The notes: generated from the letters alone by a model not told the origin. A stretch of DNA of 64,000 bases from Octopus vulgaris (GCA_951406725.2 OX597824.1:52080001-52144000); one strand, 5' to 3'; positions 1 through 13,240 are shown, counted from the first letter of the stretch. Numbers and translations are program-made.

Positions 1-467
1 GTTCATCGATTAACACCTGATGTTATAATAGTCGTTCGGAAGTACTGCAATAGGACATTTTACCAATGAAAAGACAGCGTAATGGCAAGCTTGGCTCTCG
101 ATATGACATCTGGTAAAAAGATACAAAATTCAGATTTAACATCGGATTTGTAATGGATGAGATCAAGTGATTCTACCACCATCTAAGGTTAGATCATGTA
201 GAACTGATGATAATTTCTAGTTTTCTCTACCACAGATATAGTTGAAAGAAGTTGACTTGCAACTCACTAAACGCTTCTCCTGTTCAAAATGTGATGATGC
301 GATAGGCATTGCGTTCTCAGAGACTTTATTGTTGTAAAAATAAATGAAAAGATTTCAAATGCTTACCACAACGTTTTGTTGTTTCGGCTCACTAATCATT
401 TCCCAAAATAAAATATTATATTCTTGCTCGAGCAATGTTTCTATTATTTTTCTCTGTAATTTTCCTT

Positions 468-520
<53 letters not shown>

Positions 521-521
<1 letters not shown>

Positions 522-645
522 GAGGGGTGTATGAAAGGTTTTGAGCCTTTCAAGGGCTTTGAGCTTTGAAGACTTGTACCTTCGTCAGAAGTCTTGTACC
601 ATGTTTTGTTTTTATTGAGAGTCAAGACTTTTCATACACCTCTCG
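521..645. mobile_element. Tc1/mariner-type MITE (125 bp)
   Basis: Left end cgaggggtgtatgaaagg is nearly the reverse complement of right end cttttcatacacctctcg. CGAGGG terminus resembles the mariner TIR at 27652. Adjacent to a (TA)n tract. Confidence 0.7.
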
Positions 646-1612
646 AATTTATTCCTATATATATTTATATGCATGGCGGTGCCCCAGCATGGCCACAGCT
701 CATAGGCTGAAACTGGAAAAATCAAAATCAAAATCATACATAAATACATACACACACATACACCCATATCCATAAGACAAATTACAATTACATTGTAATT
801 GATGTGGCACTTACACAAAATGCTGACCTCATTCAAAAATTTGAAACCAATATATATATATATATATATATATATCTTTGTGTCAAAGTGTAAAGCGAAT
901 ATTGATGAAACAATTGCAGTGGGGATGAAAACATTTACGAAATCAATGAAATAGACAGAAAAACAACATTGAAAAATTTTGCTTAACTTGCTTTCTGATG
1001 GAGGTATATGAATTTTCATTTTACTATTTCAGTCATTTGACTGTGGCCATGCACTACCAGCTTTAAAACTTTTAGTCGAATGAATGGGTGCCAGTACTTA
1101 ACGTTTTTATACATATTAGCCTGGTACTTGTTGCTGTATTTATTTTCGTTTAATATTGGATATATATGTGTTTACTATATTAGTAGCCCAAACTGAGAGA
1201 CGACGAAAGACAAAGCTTACAGCAACTCTAAAATGTTGAAATTTTAGAAATCACCAAAGTGGTTAATTCCACTGTGTTAGATATTTAGAGCCAGTTTAAA
1301 GATGTTCGGAGCAAGATGAGAAATGACCCCCTTAGCGAATAAAGATATATTTCAGGGAACACTCCGAAATTATTTAAAAAACTGTAATTGCGTTGCAAGA
1401 GAAGAAAGAACGGTGGCTATGACCGTTTTCCGGGCTTCCTGACATGCGAGAGGAATGGAAGATGTTCTGTTGAGCCTAAGGGTAACCTGAATCCTAAAAA
1501 TTAAATAAAACCTACCACCTTAAAAAAAACAAAATAAACGCAGTTTTAGAAATTGGAATTGGAGAAAACAGAAGATTTACCGATTGAAATATCTTTCTTG
1601 TTCCTCTTACAT

Positions 1613-1707
<95 letters not shown>

Positions 1708-1789
1708 ATATAGGTTTATTTATCTATCTAAAACCTGTTGATACAGTTGACCATAATATATGTCACAAGCTACGTGATCTCAATGTGGT

Positions 1790-2870
1790 CGGAAACTTGA
1801 AGAGTGTCTAACGATTTTCTAAGTCAGGCAATGGAGGCCAATTGAGCCACTTCTTATGAAAGACAAATAGTTCGTGTTGTTCCACAGGGTACTGTGTTTG
1901 GGCCACTGCTGATCATAGTGGTCCTCTTTGTCATTCCCTCAGCTGCTCAGATAGCCACTATTGCTAGCTATGCAGATGATACAAAAGAACCCTGGAAAAT
2001 AAGCGCACGTGTAACAGGAGTTCGACGCAACATACAAGTTGGCTGAGGACAATAACATGCGATTTAATGCTAGAAAATTTCAAGTCCTATACTAATAACA
2101 CACAAAGCAGAACGAAATGCAGACAAAATACATTGGCCCAGGAGGGATTGTAATACCTGAATCAAAAGTAGTGCGCGACTTGTGCATTGAAATGAGTAAT
2201 ATTGATCTTACGGGTGCATATTATCAACTTGGCAATGAAATGCAGACGACTGGTCGGATGGATCCTTTGCAAGGTCAGATCGAGAGAACAGGAAACCATG
2301 ATGGTCTTTGGGGGTATATATGTTCTCAGCCACTTAGACTACTGCTCCAAACTATAGTCACCACAGAGTATAAGATTAACGGCAGAACTTGAAGCAATCC
2401 AGTATAAATACACAAAGATGGTTGGTTTCAATGCAACGTGTCATCTACTGAGAAAGTCTAAAAGGGTTCAGATTTTATATCCTAGAACGAAGGCGGAAGG
2501 ACCTGTGCCAAACTTTGGCATTGAAATTTACACAAACAGCAGAACGGAGCGCCACTGCATAGTGGAAAAGATCCCAACTTCGTTATCAAGTTACAAAACC
2601 AGATACTGCACAGCTTGGATTTCAAGAGCCACAGGTCTTCAACATCCTTTCAAAAAGCCTGAGAAATCTCTTTGGTGTAGATGTACGTGTCTTCAACCAA
2701 ACTGGATATCCTTCAGTCAAGGATTCCGGAAGAGCTTACCTCACGGCAGGAAACGCAGAAGACAGCAGCAACATCAAATTCCCTCATACACAAAATACTA
2801 CATATCAGAGGTAGTGAAGGTGCAGCAATGCTAACGGCGGCGCCCCAGCATAACCGCACCTCTCTAGCTG
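1790..2870 (+). pseudogene. Decayed non-LTR retrotransposon (CR1/L2-group LINE), RT C-terminal half and 3' end
   Basis: Manual translation gives VPQGTVFGPLL...IASYADDTK (RT motifs) at about 1877-1986. Downstream broken frames give VRDLCIEMSN, WIL, P.F.I and KLDILQSRIPEELTSRQET..AATSNSL. Many frameshifts. Confidence 0.8.
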
Positions 2871-3339
2871 GTGCATACACACACATGCACACACACACGC
2901 ACACACACACATACATATATGTAAATAGAGAGAGAGAGAGAGAATTCTACAAGGTTAGATTTGGTTACTCCATGTATCTATATATTATTATTATGCAGAG
3001 TACATATTGGTAGGTAGGTAGTGACTGACATCTGATCGATTCGACACCTGCCTCATGCCTGCGAGATAATTGTTTATCTACATACAAACATACAACCTTA
3101 TATATAATATGCTTGATTTGTCTGTGCGTGTGTATGTGTGTGCATGCATGAATGTACATATAAGCACGAATACATACATACATACACTTAGATATTTACG
3201 AATACATGTTAGTCGGTATGTAGACATATGCATGTGTGTATACGTATATATATATATATATATACACACATACACACACATATATATATGTATATATATA
3301 TATATAATAAAAGAACGAAAATACACACACTTTACATAG

Positions 3340-4340
3340 TTTTAATATATTTATAATATATTTTGTATTATGTTTGTCGACCTGTTTCACTTTCGCTAAT
3401 CATGGCATTGAAATTATTGTAATTTCGTATTTTCTGAAGATGATTTTAGTCCATGTTCTGTGTGAATGAATGTAGAAAGTAAAAACATCTAAGGAGAGGT
3501 AATTGGTGATTGTCATTATTTGGACTGGAGAAGTAATTGCTCATCTTCCGGGGAGAGGATAAATAAGTGCAAAAACTCAAAAGCTAAAGTAGTGAGATGA
3601 AATATATATAGTGATGGCTATGTGATCAAGAATTGAAATATATACTGAGTTCAAAGTTGATTGTGCATTTATATTTAGACGTGTTCTGTATTTTTCGATG
3701 AACAAATTTTCTTTATTCATACGTCCTTGTATAGAATTTTTTAAACTAGTACATGGGGAAAACCGTGAAGTTTGGCTGGATATTACCTGCACATCTCTCT
3801 ATGTGCTCACTGAAAGCAATCTGTCCGTATTGCGGATTTGTTCCTTATGTAGAGTGGTTCTACGTCTCAGTGTCATACTTGTCTGTCCTATATATTTATA
3901 TCCACAACCTGAGCAAGTTATAACATAGATTAGATTCTCGGAAACACAAGTGAAGTTGGCTTTAATCGCGAACGTCTCTACTTGTTTCAGTAGGAATTCC
4001 GTGCCTTCCAGTAAATTGCGGCATGTCCCAAAGTTTGGGTATCCACATTTTTTAACCGTTGGTTTCGTAGTTGTTGTGCTAGAAGTCTTTTCAGCGATTT
4101 GTGTTGCTTTTTGCATTTGATTAATTTATGTGTTTTCCGAATGTTGTTCATTTTTGGATCTCTAGTGAGCATAGATAGATTTTGTACAATAGTGTTGTTT
4201 GCCTCTTGTTTCTTGTTGTGAGTTGTGAGTTGATATAAACAGTAATGTTTTGCGATGAGGTGTTGTGTTACGTTTTGATTTTGATGCCCTTAATGTTTTA
4301 AGGTCTAATTTCTAAGCACGCTTAATTCCGCCGTCTCACC
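3340..4340 (-). mobile_element. Penelope-like element fragment (RT C-terminus, GIY-YIG endonuclease, 3' region)
   Basis: ORF 3799..4116 contains KKCGYPNFGTC...FTCVSENLIYVITCSGCGYKYIGQT, the GIY-YIG signature of PLEs. ORF 3577..3792 has R..KE.LFIEKY...LN. Confidence 0.85.
3376..3406 (-). ncRNA. Degenerate hammerhead ribozyme in the Penelope 3' region
   Basis: Minus strand reads gcc ATGATTA gc-gaaa-gt GAAA cagg TC gac. The CUGAUGA box is mutated. GAAA, NUH and a GNRA-capped stem II are in the expected order. Confidence 0.4.
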
Positions 4341-4341
4341 T

Positions 4342-4426
<85 letters not shown>

Positions 4427-4435
4427 GCTAAAGTA

Positions 4436-4508
<73 letters not shown>

Positions 4509-4570
4509 TAACAGAATGAGATAAAGAATCCAAGGCTGTGAATAGTTTTGAGAACATTTATAAAGAGAAG

Positions 4571-4617
4571 GTCTTACAGCTGTTTCCAGGATATTTTACG
4601 TATCCCTTCATCAGAGA
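4571..4617 (-). ncRNA. Minimal type I hammerhead ribozyme (PLE type)
   Basis: Minus strand reads tct CTGATGA agggata-cgtaaaa-tatcctg GAAA cagctg TA aga. Conserved core, hairpin stem II, palindromic stem III, GUA cleavage triplet, short stem I. Confidence 0.75.
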
Positions 4618-4811
4618 AAATGTTTAAGTAATAGTTATTATAGTGAAGATATGAAATGTATAGTGAAGTGGTGGAATGAAAACAGACGTGAGATGCAATA
4701 CAATGCAAATACAATATCCTTACATATCTCACGTCTGTTTTCATTCCTTCACTTCACTCTGTATTTCATATCTTCTCTATAATAACTATTACTTAAACAT
4801 TTTCTCGCACC

Positions 4812-4858
4812 GTCTCTAACGAAGGGATATATAAAATATTCCGGAAAAGGTGTAAGAC
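4812..4858 (+). ncRNA. Mutated hammerhead ribozyme copy in the right arm of the palindrome
   Basis: gtct CTAACGA agggata-tataaaa-tattccg GAAA aggtg TA agac. Stem I gtct/agac is intact. G5>A and the damaged stem III predict an inactive copy. Confidence 0.6.
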
Positions 4859-5116
4859 CTTTTTTTAAATGTTCTGAAAACTATTTACAGCCTTGGACAT
4901 TTTTATCGCATTCTGTTAATTTTAATATATATGCATGCTAATGCACGACCTACGTTGGACTCCCTATTCGTATCATTATCGAACCTGAAGCTTAACTATT
5001 ATCTGTCAATAGCACTTACTCAGCATTGCCTGATACCTTTGGGTATCTTGACACCAATACCTCTCATATCCCCTCTCTCTCTCTCACTCTCTGTATGTAT
5101 GTATATATATATGTAC

Positions 5117-5151
<35 letters not shown>

Positions 5152-5376
5152 TGTATGTATGTATGTATGTATGTATGTATCGTCAGTAATTAATATATTC
5201 GAAAAAGAAAAGACGCTCCAAAGCATTAGAGCAACAATATATTTTTAAGGAAGTTAAATGTTACAGTCGAGAGATCATTCGTTTCGCACTTGAAGAACGC
5301 TTAGCAGTAAAGGAAAACGCTTTATAGGTGTGAAAACAACGATCACTCTATAATCGCCCATAAGTTTTAACCTCCT

Positions 5377-5535
5377 GCGGTTCTGTGTGGTAAGAACCTT
5401 GCTTCCCAATCACATGATACCGGGTTCAGTACCATTGCTCGACACCTTGGGCAAGTTGCTTCTTCTATATCCAACTGGTGGTAGTGTGTTTACGTCCCCG
5501 TAATTAGCAGTTCGGCAAAAGACAATGCTAGAATA
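5377..5535 (+). mobile_element. tRNA-derived SINE (family A), internally deleted
   Basis: A-box-like tgtgtggtaag, B-box-like gggttcagtacc, then caccttgggcaag and gtgtttacgtccccgtaa blocks shared with other copies in the window. Confidence 0.75.
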
Positions 5536-5719
5536 AAAGTTCTACAAGTGCGAAACCAAAAAATTATAAGAAAATGTAAATGTATATATCTTACCATATT
5601 AATGCAAAAGCAGTGTTGCCATACATTTTGTCTGTCATATCAGAATAGTTCTCGAATGGCCACATATTTCGCTGTTTTTCTTTGTTTTGTTTTGTTTTTT
5701 GGCAATGATTAGAAAAAAG

Positions 5720-6160
5720 TGCGCTCCTGTTTCTTGTAACATACCAACTGTTTATGTAATGATACTATAAACAAATGATGACAATCCAAGCAAACATGCT
5801 GGAGTAAATGCCTAAAAAAGATCATAGTAAATCATGCTAATGACTCAATTGGCAACATATCTACAAACAAAATGGAACTTGCAAATCATTCCTTCCAGTA
5901 TTGCCTGCACCATTTTATCATTGAAACTGCAAAAACACCACAGAACTTTCGAAGTACATTTGGAAAACAGGCAATCTTAAAAGGTGATCTTATTCACATT
6001 AAGTAACTGGTATTATATTATGCAATAGCATTTATTGATGAATAGAAGTTCAGCAACCTCTGGCTTAGAAAGATAATTCATATCATTCGACTCGATACTC
6101 CAGTCATAAACATGGGATAATTAATTTCAGCCAGTCGGTATAAACATGAATATTTTATCA
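5720..6160 (+). mobile_element. Highly decayed Penelope-like GIY-YIG C-terminal fragment
   Basis: Broken frames give LANHSF, TTELSKYIWK and a terminal ..LISAS..KH, resembling PLE endonuclease C-termini. Confidence 0.5.
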
Positions 6161-6357
6161 AGAATTTCCCAAACATCCTACTTCGGATAAAAAAATGCCA
6201 GGTAATATTGCATTATCAATTCAAAGTGCAGCGATCACACAGAACTTACGCGATTACAAGCAATTTCTTCTCGACCAAAGGTCGATTGAATGAAATTGTG
6301 GTACTCATTTGTAATCGTCGTATTTCTTACACATGTATATTCATATACATGTTTATA

Positions 6358-6987
6358 TTGGGTCATCCCATAAATAATGCCGTTTTTCAATTGCATGAGC
6401 TAAAAGTCGGAGTGGGGTGGGATAAACTACCTGCATCAACTTGATTTAGAATAGGTAGTAATTTTACCTTGTACTTATACTTAGTGCAATTTTTGAAGAG
6501 TACAGTTCGACTTTAAGTTATTTTCTCAAAGCTATAATGGAAGTGACAAAGAAGCATATTCGGCATATTTTGCTTTATGAGTTCAATAAAGGCAATAACG
6601 CAACGGAAAGTGCGAAGAATATTAAAGCTGTACACGGGGATCGGACAATAAGCGTAAACCAGTAGCTACGGTGGTTACGGAAATTCAGAGCTGGAAACTA
6701 GAGCCTAAAAGATGAGCCTCGTCCTGGAAGATCTGTAGACCTCGACGAAGACGTCCTGCAAACCCTGGTGAAACAAAATCCCATCATAACTGTTGAGGAA
6801 CTAACAGAGAAGCTTGGATTTGGTCATTCAACACCTGTATGCCATCGGAAAACGACCATCTTTGGTTTCAAGACGAAAGGTGTTCTTCCATCAGAATAAT
6901 GCTCGGCTACATACAGTGAGGATGACATTCCAAAGGCTGGAGCAGTTTGAATGGGAAACGATGCCCCATTCACCATATTCGCCGGAC
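6358..6987 (+). mobile_element. Internally deleted mariner transposon
   Basis: Left TIR ttgggtcatcccataaataatgc follows TA. ATG 6537 gives MEVTKKHIRHILLYEFNKGNNATESAKNI and L.DEPRPGRS. After a deletion near 6851: VFFHQNNARLHT...WETMPHSPYSPD. Confidence 0.85.
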
Positions 6988-7683
6988 GCGAAATTTTTTT
7001 CACATGTGAGTTCCGGACAAAAAAGACGAGTCATTCTTGGCTTTCTTTCTTCAGTCAAGTACCAGAGGTCACTACCATTTCGGACAGTTACACTTGAGAT
7101 GGTTCGATCTGGTTGTCCCCCATAACAATCTAAGCTAAGAGCATTAGACCCCTTTGTAAGAAAGCTAGTGAATGTATACGGCAACAAAGACAAACAAAAA
7201 ATACAAAAAAACGGAGAAAATGGTACAGAATTACGAATACAAACAAGAAAAAATAAGAATAGGTGTCTTTCGACTGAGAACAATTAAAATTGAGCTGGCG
7301 TGTATGGATTGAGCTGGCGTGTTGACGATTGGTAATCAGACCAAGAGAGAAAGATCATGGCTGGCTGGACACCAGTTACGTGGAAAGAGGAGAAATGGGT
7401 AGGGGACAGCGGGATTGAAGGATTAGAAAAAGCCAGAGACAAAGGGAAAGATGCATGGGAGATAAACGAGTGGGGAATAGTGGGGGTTAAAGAAAGAGGG
7501 CGAAGAAGTGTGAGAGAGGGAGAACGAGAGAAAGGAAGAAAAATGAGAGGGGAATAAAAGATAGAGTGAGTCGTACAAAATTTAGATACATACCTACTAT
7601 AAGCACAAGGGTGTACGTACGCCGCTATATCTATCTATATATATATAAATGGAACAAAAACGCAATAGAGGGCATTATGCTCT

Positions 7684-7869
7684 GGCATGGCTATGTAGTA
7701 GGAAGCTTGATTCCAACCATATTATTCCGACGTAAGTTCCACTGCGTGGAACCATGCGTAAGTGTCTTCTACAATAGCTTTGGGCCGACCAGGGCCTTGT
7801 GAGTGGATTTAGTAGATGGAAAGAGAAAGAAGCCCGTCATATATACATATGTATATATGCGTGTGTGTG

Positions 7870-7911
<42 letters not shown>

Positions 7912-7985
7912 TCTATGTGTTTGCATTAGTTCCCTCATCACCGCTTGACAACCGGTGCTGGTGCGTTTACGTCCCCATAACCTAG
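7684..7985 (+). mobile_element. tRNA-derived SINE (family A) with internal (GT)n
   Basis: ggcatggctatgtagtaggaagcttg...gggccgaccagggccttgtgagtggatttagtagatggaaa...aagaagcccgtc, then (GT)n, then ccgcttgacaaccggtgctggtg. Confidence 0.8.
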
Positions 7986-9177
7986 TGTATGTATGTATGT
8001 ATGTATGTATGTATGTATGTATGTGTGGTGGGGTTGCGTATTTCGGAATTGAATGTCCTTCACTGGTTTCTGTGTTCTCATTTGCTGCAGGGCATCCGAG
8101 GATAGCAATGTCCAAAACACTTTTCCAGTGCCACCTTCTGTCCGTTGGAACTCAAAATCACTTGGTTGTGAGCAGGAATTTTTAACCGTACAATGATCCA
8201 TGCATTCACACACAGACACAGACACACACACAGGCACACCTGCACATGCACACATCCTCTATAGAGTATTTGTGCTTACAAACTGGGAAAGTATTCGCTA
8301 TAAGATGCAGATTGTTTATAATTTATTTTTTCAAATAAACTCCTATGCGCGCACACATGTACACATACATGCGTGTGTTTGCGTGCGCGCGTGCGTAGCT
8401 CCCCACCAACCTATTTAACTTTCCGTTTTTGACAGTCTATACAATCTATTTAATCTTCTAACTATATATTTTATATTAATGTTAGATATTTGAAATGACT
8501 TATCCTCACGTGTCCGTCGTTAACAAAACAAAATAAAACAAAAAATATCTAACAATCTACCATCACTACCGCCACTGTTATCATTAAATGTTATCCTCAT
8601 TATCGCAACTTATAGCTCCACGACGATGATGATGATGATGATGATCATCATCATCACAATAACACCTTCACCATCACTGCAGCTACAGCCACAACAATCG
8701 TCACCATCGCTATCAGTTCAATATATTGAACATGATGCGCTTTCATACCTAAACAAAAAGGGAGAGAAATAGAATAAGACAAAATGGTGCGTACATCGTT
8801 ACAATTGAATATCTCTGATTGTTTTCTAGAGACCTCATAATGACTGGATCTGCTTACGGGCTCTGACTCATGACAAATTATGCGATTATTCACCAGGAAT
8901 TGATTGTTTGCTGATTGATCTTTCATTGATTGATTTATTATCGATTGGCTCATTATAGATCAAAGTTTTATCAAGCTAATTCTTGCCTAAAAGATGGTCA
9001 TAAAAACAAATTCATCACACAACCCTCTGCTCTTCGCTTCCGGTTCTATCAGCTTTTCATAATTTATCGTTTTATTCATCATCTCTTTATCTCTTCCCAT
9101 TATTTCCCTCAACAATTTTTATTGACCCTTTTCCCCACCCTCTGTGTCACATTCTTATCTTCCTATCTCTCTTGTTC

Positions 9178-9219
<42 letters not shown>

Positions 9220-9603
9220 TTCATATTCATTATCTTTTTATTACATTATCCCCCTCTTTCCATTTTTCTCCTACTTTCACCTTCCCCTTTACTCACTTTA
9301 TTACTGTTCATTTAAAGAAAAATTCCTCCCTCTTTCTCTTTCACTCTTTTTCTCTTCTCCTGAATTACTTCCCATGTTTTCCTTCGTCAGCTTCTCTACT
9401 GTTGTTTATTTTCACCCTCTTCCTCCTTCTCTCCTTTACGTTATCTATTTTACTTTCCCTCTTCTTTTAGTTATGCTTCTTTTAGTTATCTTCCTCTTCC
9501 CCCCCCCTCTCTCTCTCCTACACCTTTACACGCTTCCTATAAATCTTTACTCTAAAGCTACGTACACACGCTCGAATGTGCACACACATACATGCGCGCG
9601 AGC

Positions 9604-9693
<90 letters not shown>

Positions 9694-10182
9694 CTATCTA
9701 TCTATCTATCTATTTGCTAAGGGTACTAAACTCTTAGGTGTGCCTTCATGGTAAACAGCGTGTTTTGAGTACTTTAGACCTGAAGGTGAACATTCCCTTG
9801 TCGTGTCTAGCCACAGTCAAGAAAGAAAGTCAGAGAGATGCAGAGAAAGACAGTGAGATAGGCAAAGAATATTTTACCCCAGCACAAGATTGTTATTTCA
9901 TTTATCGACCCTGGCAAGATAGAACGCAAAGTCGACCTTCACTGGAATTGAAGTCAGAACGTAGTAAACTGGAACGACCAGTCAAGGCAATTAGTCAATC
10001 AGCTGCTCTATGATTCGGCCACTTCACTGCTTTCTGATTTTTCTTTATCAAGCCAGATGCCTACAAGGGAATGAACGTACACACATGCACGCACACTCAC
10101 GTTCAAACACACACACACATGCATATTATATATTTATATATAGAGAGATAGATAAATAGATAGATAGATAGATAGATAGATA

Positions 10183-10300
10183 TTGCCTTTCATCTTTTAG
10201 GGGTCAATAAAATAAGTACCAGTCAAACACTGGGGTCGATGTAATCGATTTAACCCTTCCCACGATATTGCTGGTCTCGTGCCAAAAATTGAAATCATTA
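10183..10300 (+). mobile_element. Nin/Deu-domain SINE fragment (family B)
   Basis: ttgcctttcatcttttaggggtcaataaaataagtaccag block, repeated in many copies in the window. Confidence 0.75.
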
Positions 10301-10542
10301 TAACCCTATCTACATACTATATAAATATATGTATTGTTTATTTGAGTAGTTGAATGAATTATCTTATTATGGATAATTCGGCTAACCGATACCTGGGTAG
10401 CAAATTTACGTCAGAAAAACACGGTTGAAGCTACATGCCTAGGGCAGAGATCACGTGCTTTCGTGTGGAAATTTGTGTGTTTTTTTAAAATACAAATAAA
10501 TGAAAGAATGGAGTTGAACGACGAATTAACAAAATTCCTTTA

Positions 10543-10625
10543 TTTTCGACATATGTTTCGAAGGCTGCATATTCCTAATTTCGAAGGAATAAGGGGTGCA
10601 TTATGCCGCCTTCTCATCAGGAAAA
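10543..10625 (-). ncRNA. Type I hammerhead ribozyme with intact core and extended stem II
   Basis: Minus strand reads ttttc CTGATGA gaaggc[ggcataa tgca cccct tattcct tcgaaatt aggaata tgca]gccttc GAAA catatg TC gaaaa. Stem I 5 bp, stem II 6+4+7 bp, palindromic stem III, GUC site. Confidence 0.85.
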
Positions 10626-11329
10626 ACAAGGAACTTATGTCAGCATCAAGATGCACAAAATCTTTTAGATGACTGCCCACACGGAGCCCATAGCGATAAT
10701 GAGTGTTTCTTTAAAATATTCCGTTATAAGCAGTGACGTCAGAAATGGTTGAATGTAGAAGATTCTAGAAGGTTCAAGGGTTCAAACAAGGTTGGAGGAG
10801 AGAGGCCTAAGAATAAGAAGGTGATAGGGTGCAGGTCATATGAATGGTGATTTTATTGTTTTCTTTTGTGGATGAGTGCCTATGTGTGTTGTTTATATAT
10901 GTGTATGTGCATGTGTGCGTGTGTGTGTGTGTGTGTATGCGTGCGTGTGTGCTCACGCGAATTAGTATAATCTCCGTCATCAGCTTTACGTTGTATCTGT
11001 AATAACTACGAAATGATCCAAGTAAACCTTACTCATTATTCAATTTCTAACTGGGCACATTACTTGGTTTGTATAGTACGAGAAATCTGTAAACTTGAAT
11101 GACCCACGATATTTTTGGTGTGTTGGGTAGGGGTGAGATTTGAAGTTCGTCCTTCTGTGGACTCGTCACGCAATTAAAATTTTTGTATAATTTTCTGTTT
11201 GCTTATTTCTCTGGTATCTTATCTGTTATTAGTAATTTTCAAACAGGTCGTGCAACTTCCGAAGGATGAAATGCAGTGTGGATGAAAAACAGAAGTAATA
11301 TTTGGGAACGATTGTATTAAATAATTAAT

Positions 11330-11466
11330 TATCTTTTATCTTTTGTTTGTTAGGGTCATGTTGGGGGCATCGCCTTAAAGGCTTTTAATTAGCCAAATCG
11401 ACCCTAGAATGTTATTTTTTTAAGCCTAGTACTTGGTTGTCAAGCGGAGGTGAGGGACAAAAACAG

Positions 11467-11500
<34 letters not shown>

Positions 11501-11665
11501 ACATATACGGCGGGTTTCTTCCAGTTTCCGTCTAACAAGCCCACTCACAAGGCTTTGGTCAGTCCGACAGTCCGAGGCATGTGCCCGAGACACTTGCCCA
11601 AGATTCTACGCAGTGGGACTGAATCTGGAACTTGTAATTGAGATACAAGTTTCTTACCACACATC
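11330..11665 (-). mobile_element. tRNA-derived SINE (family A)
   Basis: Reverse complement of family A: cacttgcccaag...cgcagtgggactgaa...ttcttaccacac, with internal (CA)n. Confidence 0.8.
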
Positions 11666-12876
11666 CAATGCACAGATTTGTATTTTTTAGCCAACAGTTT
11701 ATATATGTTTGTAAATAAGTTATTCCCAATGTTTTAAATTTAGATCCCCAGACATATAATTTGAATTTAATGGAAGTACACTGGATGTCACAAGCATAAT
11801 CAGCTCTGAATTAGCAGATTTCTGCACAAATGCTACATCTGTATCATGTTAAAACAAAATTATGTGAATATTTCTTAGCAAAGTAAAATTAATTAAATAC
11901 ATTAAATATATACGTGGCGTAAAATACTGTCAATTCAAAACTCACCGCAAGGGACATCTTACCGAACTATATTAAGGTGGCAACGAAAATGAACACAAAT
12001 ACGTATATGCTGATCATTTGATTGAATACACAGCTGTGGACTGATTAAAGTATAAAATGAATGTGTTTGAATAGCGTTAGCACATAATGAATGCATTTAG
12101 AGCTGATTAAACATTCTGAAGTTATCACCTTGAAACCTTCATTAAAATTAAGAAAGGTCTCATTGATGTACAGGAAAATACATCTAAATATCTACATTTT
12201 GTCGTGGGTCAGACCAAATTAAGAAACATTTGCGAAAGAACCGATATATTTGAAATAATAATCAGTTACAATGAGTAACTAAATTTGCAATAGATTTTAA
12301 TTTTTACTTTAAAATATCAAATAATTCAATTTTAGTTAAACTCAGACAATAACTTGTAGTGTAACATTTATTTATTTCTTTTAATTTTGGAGTTGTGTTC
12401 GTTTGACAAGTTAATTTTCTTTTCTTAGATCGCATGTTGAAACTGAAGCAATTACATTTTAGAAGTATTTTAGCCATTTTAAAACACATAGAACTGTTGT
12501 ATTTACTTTCCATATATTTCTTGGGTGACAAACTATTAATCTCACTACTGCAACGTGGAAACTGACGCCGCTCTACTACTGATTAAGTTTCTAACATCCA
12601 GCCTTATGGAATGAAAGCTGACACAAAGATCGTCGACTAATGTGAAAACGATCTCCACCATTGATGAAAAATGTATTGATGTAAAAAATGTTCTCTACTT
12701 TGACTAAGTAGGATTATTTAAGTGCTCGAGTCCATCCCGAACAGAAACTCATCACGCACGGCCATCCGCCAATAAGACATTCCGCAACAATGTATGAGTG
12801 TGCGTGCGTCATGTGTATATGTTTATACGTGCGTATCATATCTGTCTATATTTTGTTGTCATATGCAAAGCTGAGA

Positions 12877-13240
12877 TACGAAAAGTTTTCATAGGCTAAC
12901 TTGCACTTGGTACACTACATAATGGCGGCGCCATTCAGTGACACTTCAGAAGACCCACCGTGTGACGGCACTGTTAGCATTAGGTGCGGAGGCACTCCTG
13001 TCCCATTATGATGGCGTTAGGGAGTTCCAAACATTGACATCACCACTGCATATTTTAGGCCAGTGTACTTCATCAGAGAAGAACACGTACATATTTTTGC
13101 TACTGATAATCATCCGTCTTCTTCCCCAAACAAATTCTCGTTGAAAAAACAAAATGATTTTTTTTTCTTAGCTCTGATGTTTTCTTCTTTGTCAATAAGA
13201 AGGCGCACCTCAGTAGGTTACTTTCATCTGAAGACCATAA
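12877..13240. mobile_element. Possible decayed mariner-derived non-autonomous element
   Basis: Starts tacgaaaagttttcataggctaac, loosely like mariner TIRs. No intact ORF and no confirmed right TIR. Confidence 0.3.

Larger units (their letters stand above)
4505..4922. repeat. Long inverted repeat (arms of about 190 bp, spacer of about 30 bp) of Penelope pseudo-LTR-like sequence between TA tracts
   Basis: aaattaacagaatgagataaagaatccaaggctgtgaatagttt... at 4505 is the reverse complement of ...aaactatttacagccttggacatttttatcgcattctgttaattt ending at 4922. Inner ends aacagacgtgagat / atctcacgtctgtt. Confidence 0.9.

Noticed and set aside
1-345. Possible piggyBac-like Cys-rich C-terminus (RFSCSKCD)
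   Set aside because: Only one short motif in broken frames, with no TIR or TTAA established.
8930-9754. 274-aa hydrophobic ORF
   Set aside because: Arises from pyrimidine-rich low-complexity sequence plus (CT)n and (TA)n. No domain motif.
11800-12540. Possible hAT transposase N-terminal relic (MRSKKRKL) on the minus strand
   Set aside because: No catalytic or BED motif and no TIR could be confirmed.
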